NCBI GenBank assembly: GCA_010909165.1
Contig: VJWM01000118.1
Coordinates: 832,470-896,469, forward strand
Direction of reading: 5' to 3'
From: Anthoceros angustus
Taxonomy: Eukaryota > Plantae > Anthocerotophyta
Length of the DNA: 64,000 bases
The translations under genes were made by a program, and so were the position numbers. Positions 61,101-64,000 of the stretch are shown here, piece by piece (position 1 is the first letter of the stretch; each line of letters begins with the position of its first letter). The notes below the pieces were generated by a model. It saw only the letters and a program-made list of their open reading frames with translations. It was not told where the DNA came from and ran no database searches.

Positions 61101-62967
61101 ATCCATTGCACAATCCATTGCACCAACGAAGAGCCAATCATGGAGGCGCGCACCTATGAGAAGCCGCCTTCATCACGCCGCAGACGATCAAAGTAGGAGG
61201 CAAGGACGGTCGAATCACGACACTAGGTGGCCCGTTTTTGAATTCCGCCGAGCCGAGGCGGTACGGGGTTGGGGCGCGGCGGCGACTCTGGTGGCAGCCC
61301 GGGATTACAGGGGGGCAAAGCCGGACAGTGCCCACCACGGACGGTAGAACATACCGGACACGCTTTACCAACCCATCCACTATACGCCCGTCAAAACCTG
61401 CGGCGAGCCTGTACTGCACCGGATAACAAGCCCACAACCCGCCACCGCAACATGGTATCCGTAAGTTGCTCGCGTTAATGTCCAAGAAATATCGAGCTCA
61501 ATAATGCTTTTATATACAGCCTGAAACCGCACGTAATTCCGAGCCTCCACGCGTTAATATTGCGTTAAAAACCCCATTGTTTTGCTGTAGTGATGCGTGC
61601 AGCACGGTGGTACACGTACATGAGGTCGCCTCACTTGGAGGAGCATTCATAAAATTTGATGATCGGGATGTGGGCGAGTCACCTACGGTGTGCGTTGTGG
61701 GCGCCCGTTGAAGAGGCCTAGGAGCTCAAGGGCCGTCGGAGATGGATTTGTCCTTCCTTCCACGGAGGTATTGCGATTTGTTTTGGCGCTGCGATCGAGC
61801 TTGAGGCGGAGTGCCTTGTGGGGTCCGACACCACGTTCGCGGACCACGGTGGCTACATTGTTGTCGTGAGGCAGTCCATGGGATGGGAGGATCCCATGGT
61901 ACCACTGGACTCTTGCATTTTCAATCCGGTGACCAAGGCGTCTGAGGCTGTCTTTGAATCTGGCCGGGTTGGCAGACTGGTGTGTGCAAGTAATGCTGCG
62001 GCGAGTTCAAGGTGTTTGTACTTCACCACGTTAGTGGCGGTGAAGTTCGAGCCTCCATGTACGGTCGTGGCCGAGCGGATGGGCGGGGCGCGACTTCAAC
62101 TCGTCGCGTGTGGACTTTGAGCTTACGGGCGGCGGCGAGCCCGGACCAAATCCTATGCCGCGGCAACACCATTTACGAGGTGGATCGTTGTGGAAGGCTC
62201 TCGGCTTATTACCTAGATGTCGCGCTGAAGGCGCGCGGTTCGTCCATGCAAATGTGCTCATCAATGATGACACTCGAGAGTCGGTGTCATTCAAGTGGTT
62301 TTAATAATCGCTCGCGTAAGGGCGTGCGGTTGTGTGAGCACCGTGGAACTCTACCTCGTTCACACCATTAACGGGGCTTGGAGATGGCGGGGCGGGGGCC
62401 ACAGGATCGGTCACGGGCGTTTGTGTCTCGAGGCTGAAGCGGCGATACCATCCGGTGGTCAAACCGCTGGACATTGAGGGGTGAAAGTGGTGGGTGACAT
62501 GATGTGCATACTGAATTAAGGTGAGGCACCTCCGTGGGGCGAAGCCCGGCAAGCCAAACCTAGTGATGAGTCGGGATTTGTTGGGGTACCACGAGAAGAA
62601 GAGTGGCTTTGCTTTCACGTTGTGGAAGGCTTTTGGATCTCGAGGAAAGTGACATCTTGGGCAAGAAGCGATCGCCAACCAGCCTTTGTCTTTGAATTTC
62701 GACCTCGTCGACTTTGAATAGAGTACTAGTGGATGTATGTACATACATATGTCACGATGTTCAAGTGTTGTGAACTTCTCCAACATCCATTAGGTTGTCT
62801 TAGTCCAATTCCTCTATGAAATTCTTGGTTTTAATATCAAATTGTGCCAAAGTCCACAACAAAAGCTCTTAATAATATGTCCAACCTACGGACTACAGCA
62901 CTATAGGTTGTAATACATTATACATATATAAAATACCAGCGTGATCAATGTTGTGTCACCGAATTTT

Positions 62968-63256
62968 GTAGGGATGGCGTTATAGAATGTTAATTATAAC
63001 CCGTGAGCACTAGGCGAACCATGATCGCTCACAACACTCACTCTATCCGATCGAACATACGATGAAATCTTGCAAGGCACACGATCTCAGTGTACAGGTA
63101 ATACATCCATATATATATATATACGTGGTGGTGGTTCGGCAATTTTGTAGAGATGGCGTTATAGAATGTTAACCCACGAGCCTTTGGAACCATGACCGCT
63201 AACAACACTTGGACTATCCAATCGAACATACGATGATTGCAAGGCATACGATCTCA
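62968..63256. repeat. Diverged ~180-bp-period direct duplication immediately before the bacterial junction
   Basis: GATGGCGTTATAGAATGTTAA...ATCGAACATACGATG...TGCAAGGCA.ACGATCTCA occurs twice. Confidence 0.8.
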
Positions 63257-63353
63257 TTGGGCCAAGAACATGATATCGCTTTGATGCCAAGCAAACTTCA
63301 ATCCGACGCCGACCCGTTCGACAGACCGAGTTCCAACGAAACCGAAGAACGCG

Positions 63354-64000
63354 ATGGCTGAACGACGCGTGATGATTGTCGGCGGGGACTGGCAGGTCTC
63401 GCCGCGGCGATGAAGCTGGCTGAACTGGGCGTCGCCGTCGACCTGATGAGCCTCACCCCGGTCAAACGCTCGCACAGCGTCTGTGCCCAGGGGGGCATCA
63501 ACAGCGTCAGCGATCAGACGCGGCAACTCGGCGACTCGGTGGCTCCACTTCGACGACACGGCCTACGGCGGCGACTTTCTGAACCACCAGCCGCCGATCA
63601 AGGAGATGTCCTACTGGCGCCGAAGGTCATCGACCTGATGGACCGCCTGGGCGTGACGTTCAACCGCACGACCGAGGGTTTCCTCGATCGTCGCCGCTTC
63701 GGCGGAACGCTCTTCAAGCGGACGGCGTTCGCGGGGCGACCACCGGTCAGCAGTTGCTCTACGCCCTGACGAGCAGGTGCGCGGTGCACTGACGGCAAGG
63801 TCACGAAGTACGAGTTCTGGGACTTCCTGGGGCCGATCCTCGACGACGACGGACGCTGCGTCGGGGCTCTTGGACAGGATCTGGTCTCGATGACGGTTCG
63901 CGCCTTTCCGGCGGACGCCGTCATCGTCGCCTCGGGCGGTCCCGGGCTGATCTACGGGCGTTCGACCATGTCGATGGCCTGCAACGGCAGCGCTGCGAGC
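63354..64000 (+). CDS. sdhA: Bacterial succinate dehydrogenase flavoprotein subunit, 5' part, frameshifted; resembles planctomycete sequences
   Basis: Rebuilt as MAERRVMIVGGGLAGLAAAMKLAELGVAVDLMSLTPVKRSHSVCAQGGINSV...GGDF.NHQPPIKEM..APKVIDLMDRLGVTFNRTTEGFLDRRRFGGTLFKRTAFAG..GQQLLYALDEQVR...YEFWDFLGPILDDDGRCVG. It carries the covalent-FAD His motif RSHSxxAQGG, has no introns and is GC-rich. Confidence 0.93.

Larger units (their letters stand above)
45898..61592 (+). mobile_element. CACTA (En/Spm) DNA transposon, degenerate, interrupted by a Copia element
   Basis: The right terminus ...TTTTGCTGTAGTG ends at 61592 (reverse complement CACTACAGCAAAACAATGGGGTTTTTAACGCA). An imperfect left terminus TACTACACAAAGATAGGGTTTTTACGCA starts at 45898. 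Tnp2-type transposase remnants lie inside. No matching 3-bp TSD is seen, so the left boundary is tentative. Confidence 0.72.

Noticed and set aside
61800-62790. F-box-associated-like remnant (CIFNPVTK) and a 161-aa minus-strand ORF
   Set aside because: One short motif with no F-box or repeat pattern is too weak to call.
1-64000. tRNA, rRNA or prokaryotic operon/defence island
   Set aside because: No cloverleaf or rRNA signatures were seen. Spliceosomal introns and plant transposons show the window is eukaryotic apart from the terminal sdhA fragment.

Overview
The window is nuclear DNA from a gene-dense plant genome with short GT-AG introns (about 80-100 nt). The gene set suggests a non-seed land plant, but the species cannot be determined from the sequence. 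Single-base indels, mostly in homopolymers, break many reading frames, so the sequence looks like an incompletely polished long-read assembly. The left half (1-32 kb) is genic. It contains the 5' part of CstF-77, a TORNADO1-like LRR-Roc-COR gene with a triplicated LRR module, a 3x436-bp repeat and an intron-retaining mosaic of SLX1, delta-COP and ABC1-kinase fragments. It also contains an mTERF gene, TYW1, a 2-oxoglutarate/Fe(II) dioxygenase and a ~2,360-aa gene with a propeller-like region, a GBP/RHD3-type GTPase, Cys/His repeats and a VWA domain. The right half (33-63 kb) is transposon-derived. It holds a Mutator-like element with long TIRs and a 9-bp TSD, a complex of repeated retroelement-like blocks, and a CACTA element containing a young Copia retrotransposon (5-bp TSD) that splits an antisense ORF. 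The last ~750 bp switch abruptly to a bacterial sdhA resembling planctomycete sequences, most likely a chimera or contaminant. The strongest leads are the giant GTPase-VWA gene, the LRR-amplified ROCO gene and the recurrent microhomology-bounded tandem duplications. All family assignments come from motif recognition by eye; no searches were run.
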